From a virus: a stretch of DNA of 64,000 nt. A model generated the notes under the pieces. That model searched no databases. It saw only the letters and a program-made list of their open reading frames with translations, and was not told the DNA's origin. This document shows positions 51,214 through 61,088 of this stretch, one piece after another (the first letter of the stretch is position 1; each line of letters opens with the position of its first letter). The translations under genes were made by a program, and so were the position numbers. The DNA is taken from positions 32,001 through 96,000 of the IMG/VR virus record IMGVR_UViG_3300033049_000020. One strand, written 5' to 3'.

Positions 51214-51302
51214 AGGATAGGTTCAGCAAAAACCAACAGGTAAACAATTTGATTTCAACTCAGATTCAGGTGGTTCAAATCCATCGAACAATATCTATCC
51301 TG
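51214..51302 (+). ncRNA. CAGCAA hairpin RNA with an embedded TCA anticodon arm and T-arm
   Basis: AGGATAG/CTATCCT; GTTCAGCAA; TTTGA-TT-TCA-AC-TCAGA; GGTGG-TTCAAAT-CCATC. Confidence 0.65.
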
Positions 51303-51603
51303 TCTTATTTAATTTGGATAAGTGAAAATTTTTACTTATCTTTGTACTATTATGACTAAAGAAGAGAAAAAAGCTAAAAGATTAGCAAGGGCAGAACGCA
51401 GACGCGAGAAGCAACGTAAGAGAACTTGGTTCGACTATGGTACTCTTCGTACAGACATCCCTCTTTGGGCTGCAAGACAGATTGCCCGAAAAGGCTACTC
51501 TTCAGCAAGTTGGGATGACCCTAGTTCACCAACTGGCAGAAGCCAAGTTTGTGATTGGAGTGGAGTCTGTCAAGCTCCTTGTAATGGTGATTGTTAGTAT
51601 ATC

Positions 51604-51662
51604 TGTGGGGTAGCTCAGTTGGCTAGAGCCTTGTTTCGGTGGTTCGAATCCGCCCCCCACAA
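51604..51662 (+). ncRNA. tRNA-like RNA without anticodon arm
   Basis: Intact acceptor, D-arm and T-arm joined by the 8-nt CTTGTTTC. Confidence 0.75.
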
Positions 51663-51887
51663 CTAAATAATTATTTATATGTTTGAAAAATTAAAATGTA
51701 AGGTGTTTGGTCATGAGTGGAGATATAACTTCTCCACCATGCCAAACAAAACTATTTGTGCTAATTGCAAAATAAAGGCTAAGTTTGATTTGAGAGGATT
51801 GGAGTGGAATCCAATCGACACCTTTGAAGGTGAAAAAAGAACCGATGAAGAATTAATTGCCGAGTGGGGTAGTAAATTGTATTAATA

Positions 51888-53162
51888 ATGAAAGAAGATA
51901 AGTTTTACTGTTTGACTATGTTTCCTTATCCTAGTGGTAGTGGGTTGCATGTCGGTCACGCCTATAACTACGCTGTTATGGATAGCTATTGCCGTTGGAA
52001 GAATTTCTGTGGCGTAGAGACATTCCAACCGTTTGGTTATGATGCATTTGGCTTGCCAGCAGAGAATTACGCTATTAAACACAATCGAGACCCAAGAGAG
52101 ATTACTTATGAAAATATCGATAATTTTCGTGGTCAAATGGATAGAATGACTACCAATTACGAAGAGATGGTTATCACTTCTGACCCATCTTACTACAAGT
52201 GGTCACAATGGTTGTTCACCAAGATGGTGGAACACGATATGGCCTACAAGAAGAATGCGCCTGTGAATTTTTGTCCTTCATGTAATACTGCTTTGGCTAA
52301 CGCTCAAGTGGTTGAAGATAAGTGTGAACGATGCGATACTAAGGTAGAACAACGAGATATGAACCAATGGTTTTTCAGGTTGAGCAAGTATGCAGATAGG
52401 TTGGTCTCCAACTTGGACATCATTGACTTCCCAGAGAAGACAAAGAAGCAGCAACGTCACTGGTTGAAAGAACCCCAAGATTGGTGTGTATCTAGGCAAA
52501 GAGCTTGGGGTACACCAATCCCTATTAAGGGAGAAACCGACACATTGGATACATTCGTTGACAGCTCATTTTACTTTATAAGGTATTGTGACCCAACTAA
52601 CGAGAATGAAATAGCCGCTAAGGATAAGATACGTCAAGTAGACTTGTATGTAGGTGGTAATGAACACGCTTGTATGCACTTGGTGTATGCTAGGTTTGTA
52701 AATATGTTCTTGTTTGATATTGGTGTGACCCCATTTGAAGAGCCATTCAAGAAATTGGTTCACCAAGGTATGATAATCAAGGATGGTGAGAAGATGAGCA
52801 AATCTAAAGGTAATATTGTTAATCCAGACGATTATGACCCAGACGAGATGCGAGAATATTTGATGTTTTTGGGTCCTTATACCCAAGGTGGTGATTGGAG
52901 CGATAGTGCTATGGTGGGCATTAGGAGGTTCAACGGTAGGTTTAATAGATGGTTGGGTAATGCCCAGATTGACGGTGAATCAATAGATGTTGGACAATTG
53001 ATGAGTGATATTGATAAAAATGTGGAGATATTTAATTTTCATTTGGTTATTAGTTCATTTATGAAATTCTATAATTCAAACAAGGGTAAAGTTATCAACA
53101 TTAACACTAAGAATGAATTGACTAAAATGTTTACCTGTTTTGCACCCAATTTTACGTCTTAG
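51888..53162 (+). CDS. leuS: Short leucyl-tRNA synthetase-like protein (no CP1 editing domain)
   Basis: MFPYPSG..LHVGH, DAFGLPAEN, DWCVSRQRAWGTPIP, DTFVDSS, KMSKSKGN; only 424 aa. Confidence 0.88.
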   Translation: MKEDKFYCLTMFPYPSGSGLHVGHAYNYAVMDSYCRWKNFCGVETFQPFGYDAFGLPAENYAIKHNRDPREITYENIDNFRGQMDRMTTNYEEMVITSDPSYYKWSQWLFTKMVEHDMAYKKNAPVNFCPSCNTALANAQVVEDKCERCDTKVEQRDMNQWFFRLSKYADRLVSNLDIIDFPEKTKKQQRHWLKEPQDWCVSRQRAWGTPIPIKGETDTLDTFVDSSFYFIRYCDPTNENEIAAKDKIRQVDLYVGGNEHACMHLVYARFVNMFLFDIGVTPFEEPFKKLVHQGMIIKDGEKMSKSKGNIVNPDDYDPDEMREYLMFLGPYTQGGDWSDSAMVGIRRFNGRFNRWLGNAQIDGESIDVGQLMSDIDKNVEIFNFHLVISSFMKFYNSNKGKVININTKNELTKMFTCFAPNFTS

Positions 53163-54039
53163 GAAATATTTCGTCTAACCAACCATTTTTATATGCGGAT
53201 TTATAAGCGGCTTGATTATCACCTCTAAAAGATGTCCTATTTTTATAACCCGTTGAAGCCTCAAAACATTTATCCTTAGTCCAATAGTATTTTTCGTGCC
53301 CATCCTTGGACATGTGCTTACAAATATCATCCAACCAACCCCTTCTTAATGCTATATTATAAACTGAAACGTGTTTTTTTCTAAATTCACTTTTAGTCTT
53401 ACAATTAATGCTTATTTCCCGACACCTGTCCTTATCCCAAAACCCTCTGGGTTTAATTTTATTTGGAATAATATCGTATACGTCTACCAACCACCCACCG
53501 TTTTTTGCCGAATTGTAAGCTCCATGGTATTTTTTTATGAAATAGTCTCTACTTTCACATAATTTAGCCACTTCCAGACATTTTTCTCTTGTCCACTTGG
53601 TAGTATTACCCCCTAAACCACCACGTTTTCGATTAATTATATTAACCTTAGACTCTTGGTATTCTTTAATTATTTTAGACTCTAATTTAGCCGCTTCTTC
53701 TTTATCTATATAGTCGGTTAATTGTTTGACAATGAATTTATGATTATTCTTAGCTAAATATCGGTATATTGAACTTCTTCGGTCTACTCTGTGTTTATAT
53801 TTCCTAACGTCTAAATTGTAAGTTAAACCAATATAGATAGCGCCACCCTCAAATTCATAAGCGTATACGCACCTATTATATCTGTTACCGTTATTAGACA
53901 TATGTTCACATAGTTCTTCGTGCCACCCCATTTTCAACGACTTATTATAAGCACCACTGAACCTAATAGTAAATTCGGTTTTAGTAGAACATAATAAGGC
54001 TAATTCCTTACATTTATTTTTGGTTAGTTTATATTTCAT
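53152..54039 (-). CDS. GIY-YIG endonuclease with W-T-K-E-K-C type repeats
   Basis: VYAY..YIGLT; repeated WT/D...C...A...GWL. Confidence 0.75.
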   Translation of the reverse strand: MKYKLTKNKCKELALLCSTKTEFTIRFSGAYNKSLKMGWHEELCEHMSNNGNRYNRCVYAYEFEGGAIYIGLTYNLDVRKYKHRVDRRSSIYRYLAKNNHKFIVKQLTDYIDKEEAAKLESKIIKEYQESKVNIINRKRGGLGGNTTKWTREKCLEVAKLCESRDYFIKKYHGAYNSAKNGGWLVDVYDIIPNKIKPRGFWDKDRCREISINCKTKSEFRKKHVSVYNIALRRGWLDDICKHMSKDGHEKYYWTKDKCFEASTGYKNRTSFRGDNQAAYKSAYKNGWLDEIFPKT

Positions 54040-54090
54040 TATTACGGTTTATTATAAATATGGGCTAGAACCAAGAAAACCCATTAATTT

Positions 54091-54396
54091 ATGTACTTGA
54101 TGTTCATTGGTCACTATTTCGAAGGTGGTGATTGGGACGATAGGGCTATTAAAGGTATTCGTAAGTTCAAAGGACGAATGGATAGATGGTTGAACGAAGC
54201 TGAGAAGCATGGTGAAGCTATTGACGTTAGAACGTTTATCGATACAGTTGATGGGTACGTTGAGGCATTCAAATTCAATAAGGTTATTAGTAGTTTTATG
54301 GAGTTCTACAATAAGAACAAGAATACCACAATAGATATACCTACGGCCAATATCATAAGGGAGATGATGAAATGTATATCTCCTAATTTCAAATAA
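54091..54396 (+). pseudogene. Displaced alternative C-terminus of the LeuRS-like gene
   Basis: YLMFIG..GGDW..GIR..VISSFM.FYN.NK..PNF aligns to 52857-53162. Confidence 0.85.
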
Positions 54397-54822
54397 GGTT
54401 GCACAAGTCAATTTAATTTAGTATCTTTGTATTATGAAAAATTTTATATATTTCGTTATGGCGGTGCAAGTAGTTCTAATAGGCTTAGGTGTCTATGATG
54501 TTTACCAAGGAGACGTAGGTTTCGGAGTAAGTATGATACTATTCAACGGATTCTTCTTAGCTAATAATGTGAAGACTATGAATCGCTGAGACTAATGGCA
54601 ACTGACGAAGAATTACTGAAAATCTATAGGCTCGGCTTCAATGATGAACTATGGGATAAGCCACGACAAGCTTTTAATGATGACTTCCAAGACCGAGCCT
54701 ATGGGTTAGGTATGATGGATGCAATAGCAGGTGATGACGTATCATCAGTCGATGAGAAGTCCAACGAGGAAACCTTGAAGCAGATTAAAGGATTATAGCT
54801 CGGTTAACCTATATTTATAGGT

Positions 54823-55605
54823 ATGTTACCAAGCATAAGAAAAAGTTTACGAGAAGGATTAATGTTCGAGCACGATGTTGTGGACTCAAAGAGAGTACGC
54901 AATCAAATAGACCACATACGGTATGTCTTTACAGTTAATGGTGTTTTATATAACGTCAATTTCTGGCATGATGACAAGGTGCATAAATTTGGTGAGTACG
55001 AACTAGAGTTTTCAATTGATAATCAAAACAATACTGGTCAAAGAGTTGGTAAAGACCTTAGACACCTTAACACAGTTTTATACACGGTTACCAACATTAT
55101 CGAAAGAGAAGTTCAAGAAAAAGGTATCATACGAGTGAAGATTGAGGGTGCTGGTGACGCTAAGGATAGTGCTGGAATATTCAATCCAACTATTAGAGCT
55201 AAACTATACCTTAGATTCCTAAAGAACAAATATCCAACGGACGCTATAACTGCCGCAGGTCGTTATATTAATATGGATATGACCAAGATATATCCTAACA
55301 TGAAACGAGACGCTGAGAGTAGCTCAGATAAGCTTATCAAGGCTCTACTGGTTGTGTCTGATGCCGACCCAGATGAGACAGGTCTTAGAAGAGGCTTAAG
55401 TGGTAAGGATGAGTCACAATTCGTCATCAATACTGACTTTATTCAAAGCTCTAAATTTGGAACCATCTACGTAGAGATACGAGTGTGGGGTGCTATCAAC
55501 GAATATGAGCTTGCTTGGGATATAAACAGTACTGGAAACGAAGGTAGTAAAGAGTTCGAGAGCGTTGACCAAATGGTTGAGTTCATATTAGCCAATTTTA
55601 AATAA
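54823..55605 (+). CDS. Probable late/virion protein
   Basis: ATATTTATA promoter motif; IRKSLRE N-terminus. Confidence 0.45.
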   Translation: MLPSIRKSLREGLMFEHDVVDSKRVRNQIDHIRYVFTVNGVLYNVNFWHDDKVHKFGEYELEFSIDNQNNTGQRVGKDLRHLNTVLYTVTNIIEREVQEKGIIRVKIEGAGDAKDSAGIFNPTIRAKLYLRFLKNKYPTDAITAAGRYINMDMTKIYPNMKRDAESSSDKLIKALLVVSDADPDETGLRRGLSGKDESQFVINTDFIQSSKFGTIYVEIRVWGAINEYELAWDINSTGNEGSKEFESVDQMVEFILANFK

Positions 55606-55661
55606 ATTTGTATATATCAATTTAATTTAGTATCTTTGTATTATTAAATCAAAACATATAA

Positions 55662-56879
55662 ATGGGTAGTTTTTCATATACTTGCAAATTAACTGGAGTC
55701 CCTATCACATCAGGTGAGCCAGCAGTTCTAATCCCGATAAAACCTTCGGGGAAATTATATGACAATTCAGAAAAGAGTCTAAGTGAGTACGGAAAAACGT
55801 GCTTGGTATCAAATGATGGTGCTAGACTTAAATTTAATCCATGCTGGTTCCCAATCAGATTAAACTATAACGACTATGGTAGTGGTGAAGATATTGTAAA
55901 GGACGACAACACTGAAGTACTGGAAAAGTACTATAATCTACCCATAGAAACATTGGTTGAAATCATCACTTCACATAGAAAGGATGATGGATATGATGAT
56001 GCATTAGATGAAATCAAAGACCAAGAAAATCCTGGTGAGTACGGAGCGCCTAATTACCAAGATAGATATAAAGAACTTTTGAATATTTCTGGCATGTGGG
56101 TTCATGGAACCGTATATGATGAATTAGTCAAAGAGCAAGACCACTCGACCACTTCATGGGGATTTCCATTAGACTTGGGTATGCCAGAGATTCTAATTTC
56201 TTTCGGGTTTACCGAGATTGAAGAAGACCCGAAAGAAGCTAGATATAAACGACAGTTTGAGAAAGACGGATTGGTTGTTAATTCTGATGGTACTTGGTTA
56301 CATGTTAAAGACACTAATGGGATATATGATTTAGTTAACCTACAAGACTATTGTAAGTCGGAAGGGGTTACAATCGACATCAGTAATCATGAAAATAAGA
56401 GTTCTTGGGAGTTACTAAATGACTTCTTCATACCAACTATAGATAACTTAGACGGTGACCGTGGCTTGTTACTTAGTATGAGCACAAAGTCTATGGGTAC
56501 TATACTTAGAGAGCTAATGGCTGACGGAATGGATGAGGAAGATGCTGCGGATTTAGCTTTCGAATTAAAACATGGTATGATGTCCGAATCTAAAAAGAAA
56601 ATCGCTTACCGATTACTTAATTTTGGTTGTAATGAACATTCAGTTAAAAATCCGATAACTAGAGCATACTTTGAAGCTGTCAAAGAAGGTAAACTGAGAG
56701 ATGTAGTTAGAGACTTCTGGAGATTCGACAGTTATATGTACCCAACTGGTAGATTTTACGATATTATCGGTACGTCTCCACAATGTGGAGACGCTATATC
56801 GGTTAAAAGAGTATTGGAAGCCGCATTGGTAGCAGTAGCCCCACAAGTAGCTCAAGAAGAGGAATACGCAAACGAATGA
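55662..56879 (+). CDS. Hypothetical protein
   Basis: 405 aa ORF after a TATCTTTG promoter. Confidence 0.5.
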   Translation: MGSFSYTCKLTGVPITSGEPAVLIPIKPSGKLYDNSEKSLSEYGKTCLVSNDGARLKFNPCWFPIRLNYNDYGSGEDIVKDDNTEVLEKYYNLPIETLVEIITSHRKDDGYDDALDEIKDQENPGEYGAPNYQDRYKELLNISGMWVHGTVYDELVKEQDHSTTSWGFPLDLGMPEILISFGFTEIEEDPKEARYKRQFEKDGLVVNSDGTWLHVKDTNGIYDLVNLQDYCKSEGVTIDISNHENKSSWELLNDFFIPTIDNLDGDRGLLLSMSTKSMGTILRELMADGMDEEDAADLAFELKHGMMSESKKKIAYRLLNFGCNEHSVKNPITRAYFEAVKEGKLRDVVRDFWRFDSYMYPTGRFYDIIGTSPQCGDAISVKRVLEAALVAVAPQVAQEEEYANE

Positions 56880-57586
56880 AAAAAAATTTAAAAACATCAA
56901 AAGAGTGGGAAGAGTTAGTTCCCAAAAGATTTAAATTGCAAATCCTAGACCCAGATGGTTGGGATAGAAGTAACTATGAATTCTCCTTTCATGAGGAGTT
57001 GATTACGTGGGAGCAATTCCGTAACAGGATGTCTTATTCTACGTGCATTGTACATGCCGATATTCATAAGTGGGATGGTTTAATATTTCGGGAGGAATTA
57101 GAAGAAAACGGATGGAAAGAAGAAGAAGGATTGTGGCGTCACGAAACGTTCGGTGCAGAAGGATTGATGTACGATGAGGCGGTACCAAACCTACCATCAC
57201 AAAATGAAATACCAGAAGGCTGGATGGATTGGAATAATCAGTCAATGGACTTCTATGTAAGTGTACTTGGGGGGTGGCAATTCCAAAGTAGTGGAGAAGC
57301 TAAAGCTATATGCAAATTGATAGCGTTCTATGAAGCCAACAAGGATAGAGACCCAAACCGAACAGAAACGGAACTATACTCAATCAAAGACGAGTGGGTG
57401 CGACATAACGCTAAAACAGATAGAGTAATTGCAGAAGGAACTAATCGTATAAATGGAATGTTCACAATGGAAGAAGCTCAAGCGTATGTAGCTAAACAAG
57501 ATGAGAGGGTAGAACTAGAGAAGTTCAACCAATATAGGTTACACTCTTTTATAATAGAAGAAATCACCAGTAAACCATTAGTATAA
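56876..57586 (+). CDS. Hypothetical protein
   Basis: 236 aa; ILDPDGWDR motif. Confidence 0.5.
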   Translation: MKKNLKTSKEWEELVPKRFKLQILDPDGWDRSNYEFSFHEELITWEQFRNRMSYSTCIVHADIHKWDGLIFREELEENGWKEEEGLWRHETFGAEGLMYDEAVPNLPSQNEIPEGWMDWNNQSMDFYVSVLGGWQFQSSGEAKAICKLIAFYEANKDRDPNRTETELYSIKDEWVRHNAKTDRVIAEGTNRINGMFTMEEAQAYVAKQDERVELEKFNQYRLHSFIIEEITSKPLV

Positions 57587-58923
57587 GATGGACTTAGAAA
57601 AACAATGGAACGACTTACGTAACGATGGTAAATTATTATCATATATTGAGGATAAGTTTGACCACTATAAAGAACTTGGCTATCAAGTAAGTGCCTTCAT
57701 AAGCTCTTCTTATATTAGTATTGGAGATGAGAGTATCACAGGCAACAAATCCATGTACCACGAATTAAAGAGTATTCATGATATGGATGCGTACTTAAAA
57801 GATAAAGAGGAAAGTCAACCATGAACAAACTACACGCAAGAAAAATAAGTGAAACCATACCTGATGTTGCAATATTCAACATGCTGGAACGTGCTAAGAC
57901 TGAGGTAAAGGATTGGTCGGTTCCATGTAAGGTGAATGGTCAGATAAGTAGGGGACATTTCTGGAACATGTTCGCATGTCAACTTAAAGCTCCAGATTTT
58001 GAAATCGTGAGTAGTATGGTTAAGTATAGTCTTATATATGAGTTCGGTGACCTACTTCCAAAGGAGTACCAACCACCCAAAAAGAAAAAAGGTAAGGAGT
58101 TACCATTAAACTATATTCATTCAGAACCAAAATTTAACTAATGGAAACAGATGGAGATTACGATACTGGATGGGATGAATCAGAAGATACTGAACTAGAA
58201 GCATGGGATGTAGAAACGGATTCTGAAGACCCAGAATTTGAAACTGGTAAGGAACCAAATAAGGATATTGATTATTTATACATTCTTGGTGAGGCTTGGC
58301 CAGTATATCCGCAAGGTATCACCACTATTTTCGAAGATAAATATGAAAGACCTCATATTGTATCTAGAGAGCAATTTGATGCTATTCACACCAAATACTC
58401 TTGTATAGATATTGATGATGAGGTAACGGCTATCGATATAGTCAAAATTGGAAACACATCTTACGAATTTACCATTAAAGAACTTAATATCAGATGTCGC
58501 TCTAACTATCCTTGGGCATTCTTTGAGAACACTCCAGAGAATAGACCGAAAATCAATGAGTACTATAGACAGAAAAAGAATAGAGAAGAGTTGGCTGAAA
58601 TAGTTGAAGTATTAAGAAACGATATTGCACAACTATGAACGAAGAAGTTACCCACTTCAATTATTGTATAGCTAGACCATGGAAAAATAATCCAAATAGT
58701 CTATCCGCATACGCTTTAGGTACTCAATTATTTTATGGTACTATGGAGGAGGCTGAAGACACAAGAGCGAATATAAGTAAACGAGCTGGAAAAGAATATG
58801 AAATCTATAAGCTTGATAATCAACCACTTATGAGAAAACCTTAAAATATTTTACAAAAGACTTGTATTATCCAAATACTTTTCGTATCTTTGTACTATAT
58901 TTAATAGAAAGACATAAACAGTT

Positions 58924-58992
58924 ATGAGAAACTTTAACGACATATTCGAATTCAACTTTGCCGCATTTGCGGAGGAGGATGATTGCATCTAG
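58924..58992 (+). CDS. Leader peptide of tRNA array 3: MRNFNDIFEFNFAAFAEEDDCI
   Basis: Promoter, Phe/Ala/Glu/Asp-rich uORF, terminator. Confidence 0.8.
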   Translation: MRNFNDIFEFNFAAFAEEDDCI

Positions 58993-59034
58993 ATGCCAAA
59001 GGATATGTTGTAAACGAAACTCAATACGATATAC

Positions 59035-59068
59035 AAAACCTTTGGCTAACCAGTCAAAGGTTTTTTTT
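59035..59068 (+). terminator. Attenuator terminator 3
   Basis: AAAACCTTTGGCT-AACC-AGTCAAAGGTTTT-TTTT; competing GCCAAAGG at 58995-59002. Confidence 0.88.
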
Positions 59069-59185
59069 ATGCCTTAAAATTAAAATATGCGACCTAAGCT
59101 AACTTGGTAGAAGCACTGGCTTGAAACCCTTCTTTCTAATAGAAGTAAAACAATTAGAGTGAGTTCTTTGACATCTTGGTTAAAT

Positions 59186-59259
59186 GGGGTAGTGGTAGAG
59201 TTGGTCAATTGCGTTCGGTTGAAGCCCGAAAGATGTAGGTTCGATTCCTACCTGCCTCA
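59186..59259 (+). tRNA. tRNA-Phe(GAA), inside a split tRNA-Phe (halves 59089-59129 and 59741-59768)
   Basis: TTCGG-TT-GAA-GC-CCGAA. Confidence 0.85.
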
Positions 59260-59323
59260 CAAAAGTTTGAACTATTTTTACACTTTTCAGTCTTTGTTGA
59301 TATTTATATTAAACGATGATATT

Positions 59324-59740
59324 ATGGAAAAGAAAATTTGTACACGATGTGAAGATAGTAAAGAGTTAGACGACTTCAGTTGGAAGAGTAAAGTAAAAGG
59401 GACTAAACAGTCTAAGTGTAAAGTATGTATGCGTGAGTTGGATAAGATAAAATACGCTAATGATACTGAAAGGAGAAGAAGAATAAGGGAAACCGCAAAA
59501 CTGGCTTATATTAGGAATCGTGATTTTGTGCGGAGAGTAAAAAGGTTGGGTAGCTGCTCTGAATGTGTAGAAGATAGGTGGTATTGTTTAGACTTCCATC
59601 ATTGTGGAGATAAAGAGTTTGAACTTAGTGATATGGTACATTCTGGGTATTCCATTATTAAGATTAAAAAGGAAATTAGAAAATGTAAGCTTCTATGTGC
59701 TAATTGTCATAGAGAAGAACATTACCAGAATGGTTATTGA
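59324..59740 (+). CDS. HNH endonuclease
   Basis: LDFHH..EIRKCKLLCANCHRE. Confidence 0.88.
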   Translation: MEKKICTRCEDSKELDDFSWKSKVKGTKQSKCKVCMRELDKIKYANDTERRRRIRETAKLAYIRNRDFVRRVKRLGSCSECVEDRWYCLDFHHCGDKEFELSDMVHSGYSIIKIKKEIRKCKLLCANCHREEHYQNGY

Positions 59741-59776
59741 CGCGGTTCGAAACTGGTAGGTCGCACCAAAACATAC

Positions 59777-59849
59777 GTGACAGTAGCTCAGTTGGTAGAG
59801 CATCGCCCTGAAGAGGCGAGTGTCGGGGGTTCGAGACCCTCTTGTCACA
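59777..59849 (+). tRNA. tRNA-Phe(GAA)
   Basis: TCGCC-CT-GAA-GA-GGCGA. Confidence 0.9.
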
Positions 59850-60013
59850 CAGCTAATATTTTAGCCAGAAATAGCTAAAATAGAGGTAAATAGTTAATAT
59901 ATTAGCTATTGTTCTTTGACATCTTGGTTAAATGGTGCTGTATGCAAGCGGTTCAACGCAGCAATTTGACATTTTCTAAATGTTTAGTATATTTATATTA
60001 AAATAGATATATT

Positions 60014-60640
60014 ATGGTAAGAAAATGGAGAGAAAAGGAAATTGAGTTTTTAAAGCTTAATTATGGTGCTAATGGTTGTAAATACGTTTGTGAAAAATTA
60101 AATAGAGGTAGAGGTAGTGTACAGAAAAAGGCTAAAGTCTTCAACCTGAAAGTAGATAGGAAAAAAATTTATTATTCAGTGGAAGTTGTTAGTAGAATAG
60201 TCAGTGAAAGTATGTCGATGAAGGATGTGGTGTTGGCATTAGGTAAAAGTGTTAGTGGTAAACAATATAAGGTAATAAAAAAGTTTATAGATGATAATAG
60301 TATTGACGATACACATTTTAATCCTTACCACTTAAATAAAACTAATTTAAAAATTGGTAGAGTCACATATCCAATTGACCATTGGCTTAAGAACGGTTCT
60401 AATATTAGTAGTTCTAACTTAAAGGTTAAACTATATAAAGAAGGTCTGAAGAAGAGGGATTGCGAAATGTGTGGGCAAGGTGAAGAATGGTTAGGTAAAA
60501 AAATGAGTTTAATACTTGACCATATTAATGGGGTGAATGATGATAATAGGTTGGATAACTTAAGGATTGTTTGCCCTAATTGTAACGCTACCTTGGAAAC
60601 CCATTGTAGAGGTAGTAAGGGATTAAAACAACGTGCGTAA
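60014..60640 (+). CDS. HNH endonuclease
   Basis: CEMCG..LDHINGVNDDNRLDNLRIVCPNC. Confidence 0.9.
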   Translation: MVRKWREKEIEFLKLNYGANGCKYVCEKLNRGRGSVQKKAKVFNLKVDRKKIYYSVEVVSRIVSESMSMKDVVLALGKSVSGKQYKVIKKFIDDNSIDDTHFNPYHLNKTNLKIGRVTYPIDHWLKNGSNISSSNLKVKLYKEGLKKRDCEMCGQGEEWLGKKMSLILDHINGVNDDNRLDNLRIVCPNCNATLETHCRGSKGLKQRA

Positions 60641-60714
60641 TGCAATTGGGTGCGCAACTGGGCTTTCACCCCAGCTACATTGTTAGAGAGTGGGTTCGAT
60701 TCCCACACGCATGA
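60632..60714 (+). tRNA. tRNA-Glu(TTC), long variable arm, inside a split tRNA (halves 59934-59964 and 60720-60767)
   Basis: CTGGG-CT-TTC-AC-CCCAG. Confidence 0.8.
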
Positions 60715-60908
60715 CTATACAACCTTGTGTCTATATGACTTCGAGGGTTCGAATCCCTTCGGCACTACATTATTGGTGTTCCAAATTGACCTAAAATTGA
60801 GTGTTTTGGAACACCAATAACCAGCCAAAACTACCTGTTTTAGGGTACATTTGGCTGGTTATAGAACGCGGAATGTACTTAAATGTGGTAGATTCCGAGA
60901 AATATCAC

Positions 60909-60981
60909 CGCCCGTTGGTCTATCGGTTAGGACGTCTGGTTTTCAACCAGAAGGTGATGGGTTCAATTCCCATACGGGTGA
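60909..60981 (+). tRNA. tRNA-Glu(TTC)
   Basis: TCTGG-TT-TTC-AA-CCAGA. Confidence 0.88.
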
Positions 60982-61011
60982 CCTTGACAATCTGGAAAGA
61001 CAGATAATTAT

Positions 61012-61088
61012 GGGGGATGGGACTGCTTTGGAGTGGTCACCTCACTTGCAATGAGGAAATCAGATGGGTTCGAATCCCATATCCTCCA
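61012..61088 (+). tRNA. tRNA-Ala(TGC)
   Basis: CCTCA-CT-TGC-AA-TGAGG; G3-U70. Confidence 0.85.

Noticed and set aside
51248-51264. Selenocysteine tRNA (TCA anticodon)
   Set aside because: No long variable arm or proper acceptor and CCA end; it is embedded in a CAGCAA hairpin RNA.
60632-60714. Sixth rearranged tRNA (AATG/CATT enclosing the anticodon arm)
   Set aside because: It folds as a normal cloverleaf with a TGC/GCA D-stem and long variable arm.
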